From: Candidatus Yanofskybacteria bacterium | GTDB taxonomy: Bacteria > Patescibacteriota > Minisyncoccia > 2-02-FULL-40-12 > IGHO2-12-FULL-4 | Direction: 5' to 3' | DNA length: 64,000 nt | Assembly (NCBI GenBank): GCA_016185525.1 | Contig: JACPNK010000006.1 | Span: forward strand, 22,728-86,727 | Part shown: positions 19,684 through 28,355 of the stretch, piece after piece | How the letters are laid out: the number at the start of each line of letters is the position of its first letter | Numbering within the stretch: position 1 is the first letter of the stretch | The notes under the pieces: model-generated | Databases searched by the model: none | What the model was told of the DNA's origin: nothing | Seen by the model: the letters and a program-made list of their open reading frames with translations, nothing else | Translations under genes and position numbers: made by a program

Positions 19684-19828
19684 AAGTCGAAGACGAGGCG
19701 AGCGAGCAGTCATAGCCATAAGTTTCTGATACAAATTGGAAGTTTATTGCTATGACTGCCATTCTGGTGGTCATCGCTGCCGCATAGTGCGGCCAAAACT
19801 GCCGGCATAGCGCCGGAAGGAGGAAGTT

Positions 19829-20422
19829 ATGCGTTGGAATCCAGTTGAACAAGTACAGGATGTCGTGAACAAGTTCGGGACCGAGGAGCGCGTCAAGCGT
19901 TTCCAGTCCGGCGAGCTCGTGCTCGTGGAACGGACGGACCCTCGTGCAGTCGCGATGGTCCTCAACTTCGAGCGGAAGGTCTCGGTGGCCAGCCGCCGGT
20001 TCGTCACCGGCGAGAGCTTCACCAAGAGCAATCCCAAGGTGAAGTTTGGCCACATTGACGAGAAGGTCGTCAAGCTTTTTGGCAAGAGCCAGGACGTGCC
20101 GGCCGGCGAGCTGGCCACACACACGCTCTTACTGCCTAAGCACGATCCCGAAATCATGGTCGCTCTTGGACCTCAGTCCAGGCGTTTCATCAAGCTGGGC
20201 CAGTTCTACCAGTTGATCGAAGCGCAGGGCCAGGGCCAGGAAGGCTCCCTTCTCGTCAACGGATGCGCGAACATTGCGTACATTCTTGACGAGAACGGCG
20301 CGCCTTGGGCGGTCAGCGCGTACTGGGGCCCGATCGATGGCGACTGGCGCATGTGCGTTAACTCGGTTGCCCGCCTGCACGCGTGGCTTGCCGGCAGCCG
20401 GGTTCTCTCGCAAGTCGGATAA
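19829..20422 (+). CDS. DGR target protein 1 (variable C-terminus, C-type-lectin/FGE-like fold presumed)
   Basis: GC-rich (~60%) ORF with GGAGG RBS; its last ~35 codons are VR1. Confidence 0.75.
   Translation: MRWNPVEQVQDVVNKFGTEERVKRFQSGELVLVERTDPRAVAMVLNFERKVSVASRRFVTGESFTKSNPKVKFGHIDEKVVKLFGKSQDVPAGELATHTLLLPKHDPEIMVALGPQSRRFIKLGQFYQLIEAQGQGQEGSLLVNGCANIAYILDENGAPWAVSAYWGPIDGDWRMCVNSVARLHAWLAGSRVLSQVG
20304..20410 (+). repeat. DGR variable region VR1
   Basis: 107 bp aligned with TR1 (20701-20807); nearly all mismatches fall where TR1 has A (AAC codons in TR become GGC/CGC/TGC etc.). Confidence 0.8.
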
Positions 20423-20427
20423 GAACT

Positions 20428-20482
20428 GGGTTCCTTGGGAACTTGGTTCTTGGGCCGGCAGTAGCTTCAACGCTGTTGCCGG
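20428..20482 (+). other. GC-rich hairpin downstream of VR1 (DGR cruciform/stem-loop)
   Basis: GGGCCGGCAGTAGCTTCAACGCTGTTGCCGGCTC inverted repeat. Confidence 0.5.
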
Positions 20483-20700
20483 CTCATTTTTATTTCTATA
20501 AAATACAACTTGGATATTAGGCGAATCTGCTGATCTCCAATTGGATATCAGCGGCCGAACTCTAAGCGCGCATTCAGATTGCTATCGGAGCTTAAAAACG
20601 AAGATACTTGGTGCGGAACACTATGTGAGTCAGCTCACGAATTCGATGCAGTCCCGAGAGTATTCAACGGACAGTGGTAATGGTGGTGTTTCGCACAGAG

Positions 20701-20807
20701 CTTGGGCGGTCAACGCGAACTGGAACCCGAACTATGGCGACTGGAACATGAACGTTAACTCGGTTGCCAACCTGAACGAATGGAATGCCGGCAACCAGGT
20801 TCTCTCG
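20701..20807 (+). repeat. DGR template region TR1
   Basis: Asn-codon (AAC) rich: NWNPNYGDWNMNVNSVANLNEWNAGNQ; downstream hairpin AAACTCC/GGAGTTT and a CCAGCCGCC motif. Confidence 0.8.
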
Positions 20808-20820
20808 AAATTCTCTTCGT

Positions 20821-21168
20821 TCAAAAACTCCTTTGCGGAGTTTTTGTTTGTTTTTGCCAGCCGCCGAGCATTTTGCCTATCTCATTCAGATGATTCGACA
20901 ATGTTACATATTTCTTTACATCAAGTATTTCTATTTCCCATGCAATCTGTAATATAAATTTCAACATATCAAATGAGTCCGAGGCCTTGGCAAGATAAAA
21001 TCCTTTTTGTTCACGGTTTTTATGAGCTGCAATAAATAAATGTTCCGTGGTTTCGATAAACAGGTTATCAATTTTTAGACCAATAGTATATCGATTGATT
21101 TTCTCTAATCTAATAAAATATTCATGCCAAACTTTGTAAACCACAATCAACTTTTGGATAATCGGCAA
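20821..21168 (-). CDS. avd: Avd-like accessory variability determinant (four-helix-bundle / 23S rRNA IVS protein family)
   Basis: 115 aa; ...KFILQIAWEIEILDVKKYVTLSNHLNEIGKMLGGWQK is the typical IVS/Avd C-terminus; immediately adjacent to TR1 and the RT. Confidence 0.65.
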   Translation of the reverse strand: MPIIQKLIVVYKVWHEYFIRLEKINRYTIGLKIDNLFIETTEHLFIAAHKNREQKGFYLAKASDSFDMLKFILQIAWEIEILDVKKYVTLSNHLNEIGKMLGGWQKQTKTPQRSF

Positions 21169-21177
21169 AGTAGCGCT

Positions 21178-21187
21178 GGGGGGGGGG
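21178..21187. repeat. G10 homopolymer tract in the avd/RT divergent intergenic region
   Basis: gctggggggggggcgtag. Confidence 0.9.
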
Positions 21188-21232
21188 CGTAGAAGGATTG
21201 AATTTGGTCATAGTTTTGATGAGGTTATTAGT

Positions 21233-22177
21233 TTGGAAAATTTACTGGAATCCTGGAAAGAGTTCCTGAAAGGCAAACGCAAGAGAAAGGATGTCCAGGA
21301 GTTTGGCCTTTTTCTGATGGATAATATTATAGGCCTGCACAACGATCTTGACAATCATACATATAACCACGGGCCATATCAAGCGTTTCGCATAAATGAT
21401 CCCAAACCGAGACAGATACACAAGTCATTGGTCCGTGACCGGTTGCTCCACCATGCTATTTATCGTCAACTCTATCCGTTTTTTGATCGAATGTTTACTG
21501 CCGACTCCTTCTCATGCCGACTTGGCAAGGGGACACACAAAGCATTAAACAGGTTCAGAAGTTTTGCATTCAAAGTCAGCAAAAACAACACCAGGACGTG
21601 TTGGATTTTGAAATGTGATATCAAGAAGTTCTTTGAGAATATTGACCACGAGGTTTTGCTTAGCATCTTAAAAGAATACATCCGTGACCGGAACACTATC
21701 TGGCTTTTAGAGAGAGTGATTTACAGCTTCTCATCCGCTCCAGGTAGGGGATTGCCTCTCGGCAATCTCACCTCGCAGTTGTTCGTGAATATCTATATGA
21801 ACGAATTTGATCAGTTTGTGAAGCACAATTTGAAGGCAAAATACTATATCAGATATGCCGATGACTTTGTGGTCTTGTTTCAAGACAAATCTTGGCTCGA
21901 AGAGATGCTTCCTAAAATGGGTGACTTTCTGGAAGAAAGATTAAAACTTGAACTTCATCCAGACAAGGTTTTTATCAAAACGTTTGCTTCGGGAGTTGAC
22001 TTCCTTGGCTGGGTTCACTTTCCAGATCACAGAGCATTGAGAACGACTACCAAGAAGCGGATGCTTAAAAGGATTAAGGCAAAACAGGATATTAGCACAA
22101 CCAAATCTTATTTGGGACTTATTAGTCATGGAAATGCTAAAAAACTAGAAAAAGAGATATTAAGGATTTCTGAATAA
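21233..22177 (+). CDS. DGR reverse transcriptase
   Basis: 314 aa; RT motifs including GLPLGNLTSQLF (DGR-specific IGxxxSQ) and YIRYADDFVVL (YADD). Confidence 0.85.
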   Translation: MENLLESWKEFLKGKRKRKDVQEFGLFLMDNIIGLHNDLDNHTYNHGPYQAFRINDPKPRQIHKSLVRDRLLHHAIYRQLYPFFDRMFTADSFSCRLGKGTHKALNRFRSFAFKVSKNNTRTCWILKCDIKKFFENIDHEVLLSILKEYIRDRNTIWLLERVIYSFSSAPGRGLPLGNLTSQLFVNIYMNEFDQFVKHNLKAKYYIRYADDFVVLFQDKSWLEEMLPKMGDFLEERLKLELHPDKVFIKTFASGVDFLGWVHFPDHRALRTTTKKRMLKRIKAKQDISTTKSYLGLISHGNAKKLEKEILRISE

Positions 22178-22182
22178 TTTCT

Positions 22183-22272
22183 GTAGAGGGGGAAGTTTTA
22201 TTGTAAACTGAAACGGGATGTATTTGAGCCGGTTATCGTCAAATCCATGTCGCATTGCGTTCCGACTATACC
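22183..22272 (+). repeat. about 90 bp junction element, copy 1 (copies at 23811-23914 and 25389-25507)
   Basis: Shared GGAGGAAGTTTTAYTGTRAAC...TGTCGYATTGCGTTC blocks. Confidence 0.6.
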
Positions 22273-22406
22273 AATCTGGAGCATTTTGGTAATTTATCAT
22301 TTTAAACCCACCTTCTCAAGTTAACTTGCTATCATCAGGATCTTATGATTTAATTCCGATATAATTACTAATGTAAATTTAGTGAGTGTTTGGTAAATTA
22401 TTATTT

Positions 22407-22976
22407 ATGGAAAACGGCTATTTTTATTCACGAAGAGAAAACGTCAACGATTTGTACTATGATGCTATGGAATTGCTTCATGGAAACATTGAGGAGGCCA
22501 GGAAAGCTGAAAAATTATTAGCAAAAGCTCTTGGCCTGGATCCTAATAATATCCAAACGCATATTGGTTTTGCGCATTTGTACGGACGTCTTAAAAATAA
22601 AAAGAAAACAGAAGAACATATCAAGAAGGCCTACGAAGAAACAACTAAGAAATTTCCGGTTTGGCCCAAGCGTATGGAGTGGGGCGACATGGATAATCGG
22701 GCGTATATGAGAGCGATACAATACCGCGCTGATCTTTACGCTGATGATGGAGAAAAAGAAAAAGCCGTAAGTTTATATCGGCTGCTTCTTAAGTTGAATC
22801 CCAACGATAACCAGGGTGCTAGGTACACCATCTCTGGTGTCTATGCCGGAATAAGCGGAAAAGAAATTAATAAAATGTTTGACGAGTGCAACAGGCGACA
22901 AAATTGGGCTAGGCTTGAAGACCTGATCAAAAAACAAAATGCCAAACACAAGTTTTGGAAAGAACCAAGATTTTGA
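22407..22976 (+). CDS. TPR repeat protein
   Basis: TPR-like helical repeats (AEKLLAKALGLDPNN..., LYRLLLKLNPNDNQG); table ORF starts at a GTG at 22386. Confidence 0.5.
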   Translation: MENGYFYSRRENVNDLYYDAMELLHGNIEEARKAEKLLAKALGLDPNNIQTHIGFAHLYGRLKNKKKTEEHIKKAYEETTKKFPVWPKRMEWGDMDNRAYMRAIQYRADLYADDGEKEKAVSLYRLLLKLNPNDNQGARYTISGVYAGISGKEINKMFDECNRRQNWARLEDLIKKQNAKHKFWKEPRF

Positions 22977-23019
22977 GAAGATTGTTGATATCAAATTTCC
23001 TACATGGTATATAATAAAA

Positions 23020-23358
23020 ATGAGTACAATTCATGAGTACCTCATTGATACAGAAGATTATAGAGGCAAGCGGGTAATCTTTACTGAAGCTAAGCGTCTA
23101 GAAAAGTCAGCCCAGCATGCCGAATTAAACAATAAGCAGTTTCTAAAAAATATTGAGCCGACCATTAAAGATCCCGAAGAGGTCTGGCCAGACTATAGTG
23201 ACAAAAATAGAAAAGCATGTTATTATAAGAAATACTCAGCCACTACTTATGTTAAGGTGGTAATTTGGATATATGACAGTCCTTGTCGAGTAGTTACTGC
23301 TTATGAAACTGATAAAATTAAGGAAATGCTATATCCAGAATTAAATCGTCTTAAATAA
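23020..23358 (+). CDS. hypothetical protein
   Basis: ORF; internal ATG with A-rich upstream region, since the table start at 22939 overlaps the previous gene. Confidence 0.4.
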   Translation: MSTIHEYLIDTEDYRGKRVIFTEAKRLEKSAQHAELNNKQFLKNIEPTIKDPEEVWPDYSDKNRKACYYKKYSATTYVKVVIWIYDSPCRVVTAYETDKIKEMLYPELNRLK

Positions 23359-23368
23359 TTATAAAAAC

Positions 23369-23791
23369 ATGACAACTAACATTAAACAAAATAGAGAGTT
23401 TATTGACCTAGCCTCAAATCTCCAAGGATTTATTCAGAAAAACGGTTGGATTAGTAGATACGATCTTGAAAGTGATGCCTTTTCAATTACCACCCCGAAT
23501 TTATCGGAGGACGCTAGAATTCGCTATTTCGATGATGAGATAGCTCTTTATGTTACGAATGACAATAAGATTGAGGGTATCTTTATGGAATACTTCAAGA
23601 GTAATTTTGTCCAACACCATAAAGACCTCAAGCCTGTTTTAGAAAATATAGAAAAAGAACAAGGAAAGAAAGAAATCGGTCTTGTCCAATTAGGTAAAGA
23701 TAAAATACAAAAACTCGCTCCTGACATACAGGAAGCCCTCCAGGTGCTTCTGGCAGAGAAGCTTAATCTAGGATTAAACCAAGCTCGATAG
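23369..23791 (+). CDS. hypothetical protein
   Basis: 140 aa ORF. Confidence 0.45.
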   Translation: MTTNIKQNREFIDLASNLQGFIQKNGWISRYDLESDAFSITTPNLSEDARIRYFDDEIALYVTNDNKIEGIFMEYFKSNFVQHHKDLKPVLENIEKEQGKKEIGLVQLGKDKIQKLAPDIQEALQVLLAEKLNLGLNQAR

Positions 23792-23810
23792 TAGCCTGCT
23801 CAAATAATTG

Positions 23811-23914
23811 CTAAGGATTACCAAATAACTTCTGGACAGGAGGTAATTTTTTTTGAAACTAAAAGGTATCAGTTTTACCGGCATATTACCATAGCTGTAT
23901 CGCATTGCGTTCAT
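23811..23914 (+). repeat. about 90 bp junction element, copy 2
   Basis: CTAAGGATTACCAAATAACTT...TCGCATTGCGTTCAT. Confidence 0.6.
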
Positions 23915-24056
23915 ACGATTCCTATTTGCATATGCGGTGAATATTAGCAAAAATCCAGTAGATACACCAGTTTTTGAACTTGACTTTTTGCTGAAAAGGT
24001 ATATAACTAAAGTATAGTTAGTATAGTTCCTTTATTTACTACTTGCCCGCTTCGAC
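23915..24056. repeat. direct repeat DR-R (remnant ychF promoter + first 6 codons MQIGIV then stop)
   Basis: Matches 19541-19683. Confidence 0.8.
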
Positions 24057-24112
24057 TCCTACTACCGTCTCGTTCGTCCTCGCAGGTAGCAAAAACCTGA
24101 GACTCTTGGTTC

Positions 24113-24361
24113 TTGGACCCCGTTCAGTTTACTGAACGGGGTCGTTTTCTTTGTAGCTTTTCAACTTTAAGCACTTTTACAGGCCTTGCCTGTCAGAATA
24201 CAATGAAATACCTCGCAAACCTGTGCAATCAGACGACCAATTCAAGAAAGTTCTGGCCCAAAACAATGCTTTACCACAGCAATGACCCTGAAGGCGTTGA
24301 AATAACGAGAGCCTTTACGACAAGTTTTGAAAAAGAAACTCTGCCTAAATATAGTGAGTAA
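24113..24361 (+). CDS. hypothetical protein (weak)
   Basis: 82 aa ORF only. Confidence 0.25.
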   Translation: MDPVQFTERGRFLCSFSTLSTFTGLACQNTMKYLANLCNQTTNSRKFWPKTMLYHSNDPEGVEITRAFTTSFEKETLPKYSE

Positions 24362-24543
24362 CTGGGTAGGGTAATCTGCTCTAATCAAAATAAAACCAAC
24401 CAACAAAAAAAACACCCCTCCGAGCCATATGTTGATATCTAATTTTCTATATGGTATATAATGAAGTTAAGGAAAATTTATAGTATAGAGCGTTGGTTAT
24501 AGGTAATGTTGACTTTTCTAGTTTACTAATTTATAATATTGCT

Positions 24544-25388
24544 ATGGTAAAAAATGTCAAAAATACTCTTCATATCGGTATTAAACAACTCCTAAAATTA
24601 GATGATAAGTTGGCGAAGCTGCGTAAGCCTACATCTATTGAGGAGGAGTCTTTGCATGCCCAACACAGATTTGAAGCGACATATTACTCAAACAAGCTTG
24701 AGGGGAATAAACTAACGAAAGAAGAGGCCAGAAAAGCTATTCTATTTAAGTAATTAATGAAACGTCCACTTAATAAACGTGAGTCAGACATATTAGAAGA
24801 AGAGGCCACTGGGAAGCCTCTTCTTCTTTACATAGACTTATCAAACGCTTAGTTCGTAAAAGACTTCCTTTAGAGCTGAGGTTTATTAAAACTGCACACA
24901 AAACTATTTTTGATATTGCTAAACAACCAGAAATCGGAGGCGTGTATCGAAACGACAACAGTCCAGAGTTAAAAAGAATAGATGGAACTACTCTGCCAAT
25001 GACAGATTGGCCCTTAATATCTAACGCAATGGCAGAACTTGATTCAGAACTTAGAGAAAAAACTAAAAATCTTGTGCATCCGAAAACTGAGCAAGGATAT
25101 TCTGAATTGATAATGCTAGCAACTAGACTTTCTCATAAACTGGTCTGTATACACCCCTTTAGAAATGGGAATGGAAGAGCGTCTAGATTATTATTAAATG
25201 CTATTCTTTTAAGAGCGGGCTTATCAGAAATTGCCATTAAAAAATCAAAACCAACATATCTCCGTGCCATGAGACAAGCTGATGATGGTGACTTTTCTCT
25301 TCTAGAGAACCTTGTTGTCAACGGGTTGGTCGAAACTAAAAAAATAAATTACTCAAGTATCCATTTGTCTTACCCATCAGGTCGCTAG
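24544..25388 (+). pseudogene. fic: Fic family protein, disrupted (in-frame TAA at 24754 plus a frameshift before 24850)
   Basis: N-terminal part has SNKLEGNKLTKEEA; C-terminal part has IHPFRNGNGRASR (HPFx[DE]GNGR). The two parts lie in different frames; promoter TTGACT-17-TATAAT at 24509-24537. Confidence 0.7.
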
Positions 25389-25507
25389 CTAAGGATTACC
25401 AAATAACTTTTGAGCAGGAGGAAGTTTTACTGTGAAACGGAATGGCATGAATTTAACTGATGAGCCGCTTGAGCTATGTCGTATTGCGTTCATACAATTC
25501 CGATTTT
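25389..25507 (+). repeat. about 90 bp junction element, copy 3
   Basis: Starts CTAAGGATTACCAAATAACTT like copy 2; ends GTCGTATTGCGTTCATACAATTCCGATTT, resembling the ychF 5' end. Confidence 0.6.
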
Positions 25508-25670
25508 TAACATGTTCAGATTGTAGCAGAAAACTATGGAAAACCAAGAAAATAAAATTTAAAAACCGCCGTTACGGCGGGTCAAAAGCTTAGTCGCTCG
25601 AGTCATAATTTTGATTAAGCACCGCTTGTCAGCTTTTTACATTTTAGCGGAACAGGTTTAACATAAGAGA

Positions 25671-26477
25671 GTGCAAAAGCCATGGTACACGATAGAGGAA
25701 AAACACAAAAATAAGAAGCTGATTGTTTTTGATTTAGACGGTACGCTGACCGAGAGCAAAAAGGAGATAGACCAAGAGATGGCCTTGCTTTTGGCTAAAC
25801 TGCTTGAAAAAAAAGAAGTTGCCGTGGTTGGCGGCGGAAAATATGAGTTGTTTCAGAGTCAACTTTTGGCGAGGCTGAAAGTGCCGGAATCCTCACTGAA
25901 AAAACTTTTTATATTTCCAACTTCAGCCTCGTCCTTTTACAGTTATGTTAGGGGTTGGAAAAAAGTATATTCCAAAGAACTTTCAGAGGAAACACGGGCC
26001 AGAATTAAGAAGGCTTTTGAAGAAGTTTTCAAGGAAGTAAACTATAAACATCCCGAAAAAACTTATGGAGAGGTTATTGAAGACAGGGGTTCACAGGTTA
26101 CATTTTCCGTTTTTGGCCAGGACTTAGTTAAGGTTTTGGGCAAAAAAGGAGTTGAAATGAAAAAAGAATGGCGGGACAAAAATACTAGACTCAAATTAAG
26201 GCTCGCAAAGATGCTTCAAAAAAAACTGCCCGATTTGGAAGTCCGCGCGGCGGGCTATACTTCGATTGATGTAACTCAAAAGGGGATAGACAAGGCTTAT
26301 GGTTTAAGGCAAATAAAAAAGCATCTCGGAATTAAATTCAGCGAGATGCTGTTTGTAGGCGATGCTTTGTTTAAGGGCGGCAACGACTACGCTGCTCTTA
26401 AAACCGGCGTAGAATGTGTCGCGGTAAAGGGGCCGGAAGAAGCCAAGAAGATTATCAAATTCCTATTTTTTCTTTGA
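25671..26477 (+). CDS. HAD-IIB family hydrolase, phosphomannomutase-like
   Basis: LIVFDLDGTLTE motif I; KGIDKAYGL; FVGDALFKGGNDY. Confidence 0.65.
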   Translation: MQKPWYTIEEKHKNKKLIVFDLDGTLTESKKEIDQEMALLLAKLLEKKEVAVVGGGKYELFQSQLLARLKVPESSLKKLFIFPTSASSFYSYVRGWKKVYSKELSEETRARIKKAFEEVFKEVNYKHPEKTYGEVIEDRGSQVTFSVFGQDLVKVLGKKGVEMKKEWRDKNTRLKLRLAKMLQKKLPDLEVRAAGYTSIDVTQKGIDKAYGLRQIKKHLGIKFSEMLFVGDALFKGGNDYAALKTGVECVAVKGPEEAKKIIKFLFFL

Positions 26478-27435
26478 TTTCTTTCAAGGTACTGCTTGCA
26501 ATTACTCTAGCTTTTTCTTCTGACTCTGTCAATACCTTATCAACATAGTCCATGTTGTTCTTGAGTTCACTGTATTTCTTTTGAAAAGGCTTTAGAAAAT
26601 CTACAACGACTTCAGCTAAGTCATTTTTAAAGTCCGCGTAAGTTTTGCCTTCATAGTCTTTTTCAATTTCTTCTATCGTTCTGCCGGATAGTAACTGGTA
26701 AATTGTGAGTAAATTGGAAATAGCCGGTTTTTTGTCCTCGTCATATTTTATTTCTTTGCCCGAATCAGTTACCGCCTTTTTTATTTTTTCTCTGACAACC
26801 TCCGGATTATCAGATAAGGCAATGCCCTCGTCGCCGGTTTTGGACATTTTTTTAGCCGGATCCTGCAGGGACATAACTCGGGCGCCTTCAGTAAGGTGTG
26901 GCTTGACCGTCTGGAAAGTTTCGCCGAAAAGATGGTTGAACTTTCTGGCAATTTCGTTTGTCAGGTCAATGTGGGGGAGCTGGTCGTCGCCGACTGGCAC
27001 AAGGTTTGATTTGTAAATTAAAATATCAGCGGCCATGAGCACCGGGTAGTCCAAAATTCCCATATGGGTGTACTTGCCCTGCGTCTGTTCTATTTTTTCC
27101 TTGTAAGTGGGTAAGCGGTCCAGCCAGCTTACCGGAGTTATTGTGTTAAAAATCCAAGCAAGCTCGGTATGCTGTGGAACTTTTGATTGGCGGATTAGTA
27201 TGGATTTTTCCGGATCAACGCCGGCGGCCATATAGTCCAAAACCGCTTCCATAACTTGCTGATGATAGGTTTTGGGGTCAAAAGGCGTGGTGATGCCGTG
27301 GTAGTCCACAACAGCAAAAACAGTCCTTTCCGTGTCCGGACTTTTTTGCAGTTCTACCCAATTTTTTATGGCGCCCAGATAGTTGCCTAGATGCAATTTA
27401 CCGGAAGGCCGTATACCGGAAAAAATTTTATTCAT
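26455..27435 (-). CDS. trpS: tryptophan--tRNA ligase
   Basis: IFSGIRPSGKLHLGNYLGAI (HIGH region) and KMSKT. Confidence 0.9.
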   Translation of the reverse strand: MNKIFSGIRPSGKLHLGNYLGAIKNWVELQKSPDTERTVFAVVDYHGITTPFDPKTYHQQVMEAVLDYMAAGVDPEKSILIRQSKVPQHTELAWIFNTITPVSWLDRLPTYKEKIEQTQGKYTHMGILDYPVLMAADILIYKSNLVPVGDDQLPHIDLTNEIARKFNHLFGETFQTVKPHLTEGARVMSLQDPAKKMSKTGDEGIALSDNPEVVREKIKKAVTDSGKEIKYDEDKKPAISNLLTIYQLLSGRTIEEIEKDYEGKTYADFKNDLAEVVVDFLKPFQKKYSELKNNMDYVDKVLTESEEKARVIASSTLKEIKEKIGI

Positions 27436-27510
27436 ACAACTAAGAATACAGCATTAAAAGTTTTTAGACAATTTTACTGCGACCTGCTATAATTATTATA
27501 ATGGAATTTA

Positions 27511-27606
27511 ACCAACCAACCAACCAACCAACCAACCAACCAACCAACCAACCAACCAACCAACCAACCAACCAACCAACCAACCAACCAACCAACCAAC
27601 CAACCT
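27511..27606. repeat. (CCAA)n tetranucleotide microsatellite, about 24 units
   Basis: Uninterrupted accaacc... run. Confidence 0.95.
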
Positions 27607-27881
27607 AAATTTTTAGAAGTTTGTTCGGTTCTACTATACAGATATACAGACCGTGATAAACGGTTTTTTTATTTTTCGGTTAACCAAAACCAGAATTGAT
27701 TTTTTAGTTCTCGTGACAATTTATATGAATTAGCATGACTTAAAACACCGAGATACGTTTGCAACGATTGTTCAAGAGTTTCAGTAGAAATAAGGTCTTG
27801 CTTTTGGCGGCTGGATAAAATCAACCCGCGATTGTTAAAGAAATATCCTCCAAGCGGAGGATATTTCTTGTAAGAGAGAAA

Positions 27882-27998
27882 GAAGTTCCGGGAGGCACCA
27901 ACGCCCACGTTGTTGTTGCGATTGCCGTTCCAGTTATTGATGTTGAGGCCGTTCTCGTCGAAGTTGCCGACACACGAAACGTTGTCAGCGTTGGCCGA
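27882..27998 (-). repeat. DGR template region TR2 (minus-strand sense)
   Basis: Sense strand encodes FFSANADNVSCVGNFDENGLNINNWNGNRNNNVGVGASRNF (AAC rich); 117 bp aligned with VR2. Confidence 0.75.
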
Positions 27999-28297
27999 AA
28001 AGAACGCATAATGCCCATCTCCATCTATGTCACCGGGGATTTAGGTTTACCACCCAAGCGGGCCTATATCCTATCTCCCCTGAATTTTATTCGGGAGCAT
28101 CTGCTTTTTACGGCAGAACCTCCACTAAAGACAAGCAAGAAGTTCAATCTCAACTTTTTATCGCGCACTACCGTAATCCGTAAACGACGGTATTCCGGCG
28201 ATTCCTCAAAAGAAGAGGTGTCCGCGAGGTGAAGCCGTAACCGCATCTGCATTAGCAGACAAAGAAATTGTATCAAGTATTATTATAAAAACAAAAC

Positions 28298-28338
28298 GAG
28301 CCTTCGGCGCTGCGAAAAAAAATTCGCGCCGAAGGCTC
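28298..28338. terminator. strong hairpin just downstream of VR2 / target 2 stop
   Basis: GAGCCTTCGGCGC-loop-GCGCCGAAGGCTC (13 bp stem). Confidence 0.6.
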
Positions 28339-28355
28339 AAGCAAGGCTTCAAGGT

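Noticed and set aside
20541-20957. 138 aa ORF covering TR1
   Set aside because: The Asn-codon-rich reading frame is the DGR template repeat itself. There is no RBS, and it overlaps the avd 3' end, so it is treated as non-coding TR.
21233-22177. RT as a group II intron or retron RT
   Set aside because: It has the DGR-type IGxxxSQ motif and an adjacent adenine-specific TR/VR pair. No group II domain V/VI or retron msr/msd structure was found flanking it.
27511-27606. CRISPR array
   Set aside because: This is a simple 4-nt microsatellite with no spacers; no repeat-spacer arrays or cas genes are present anywhere in the window.
27669-28024. Minus-strand ORFs 27669-27908 and 27821-28024
   Set aside because: They are artefactual frames across TR2 and its spacer hairpin, with no start context.
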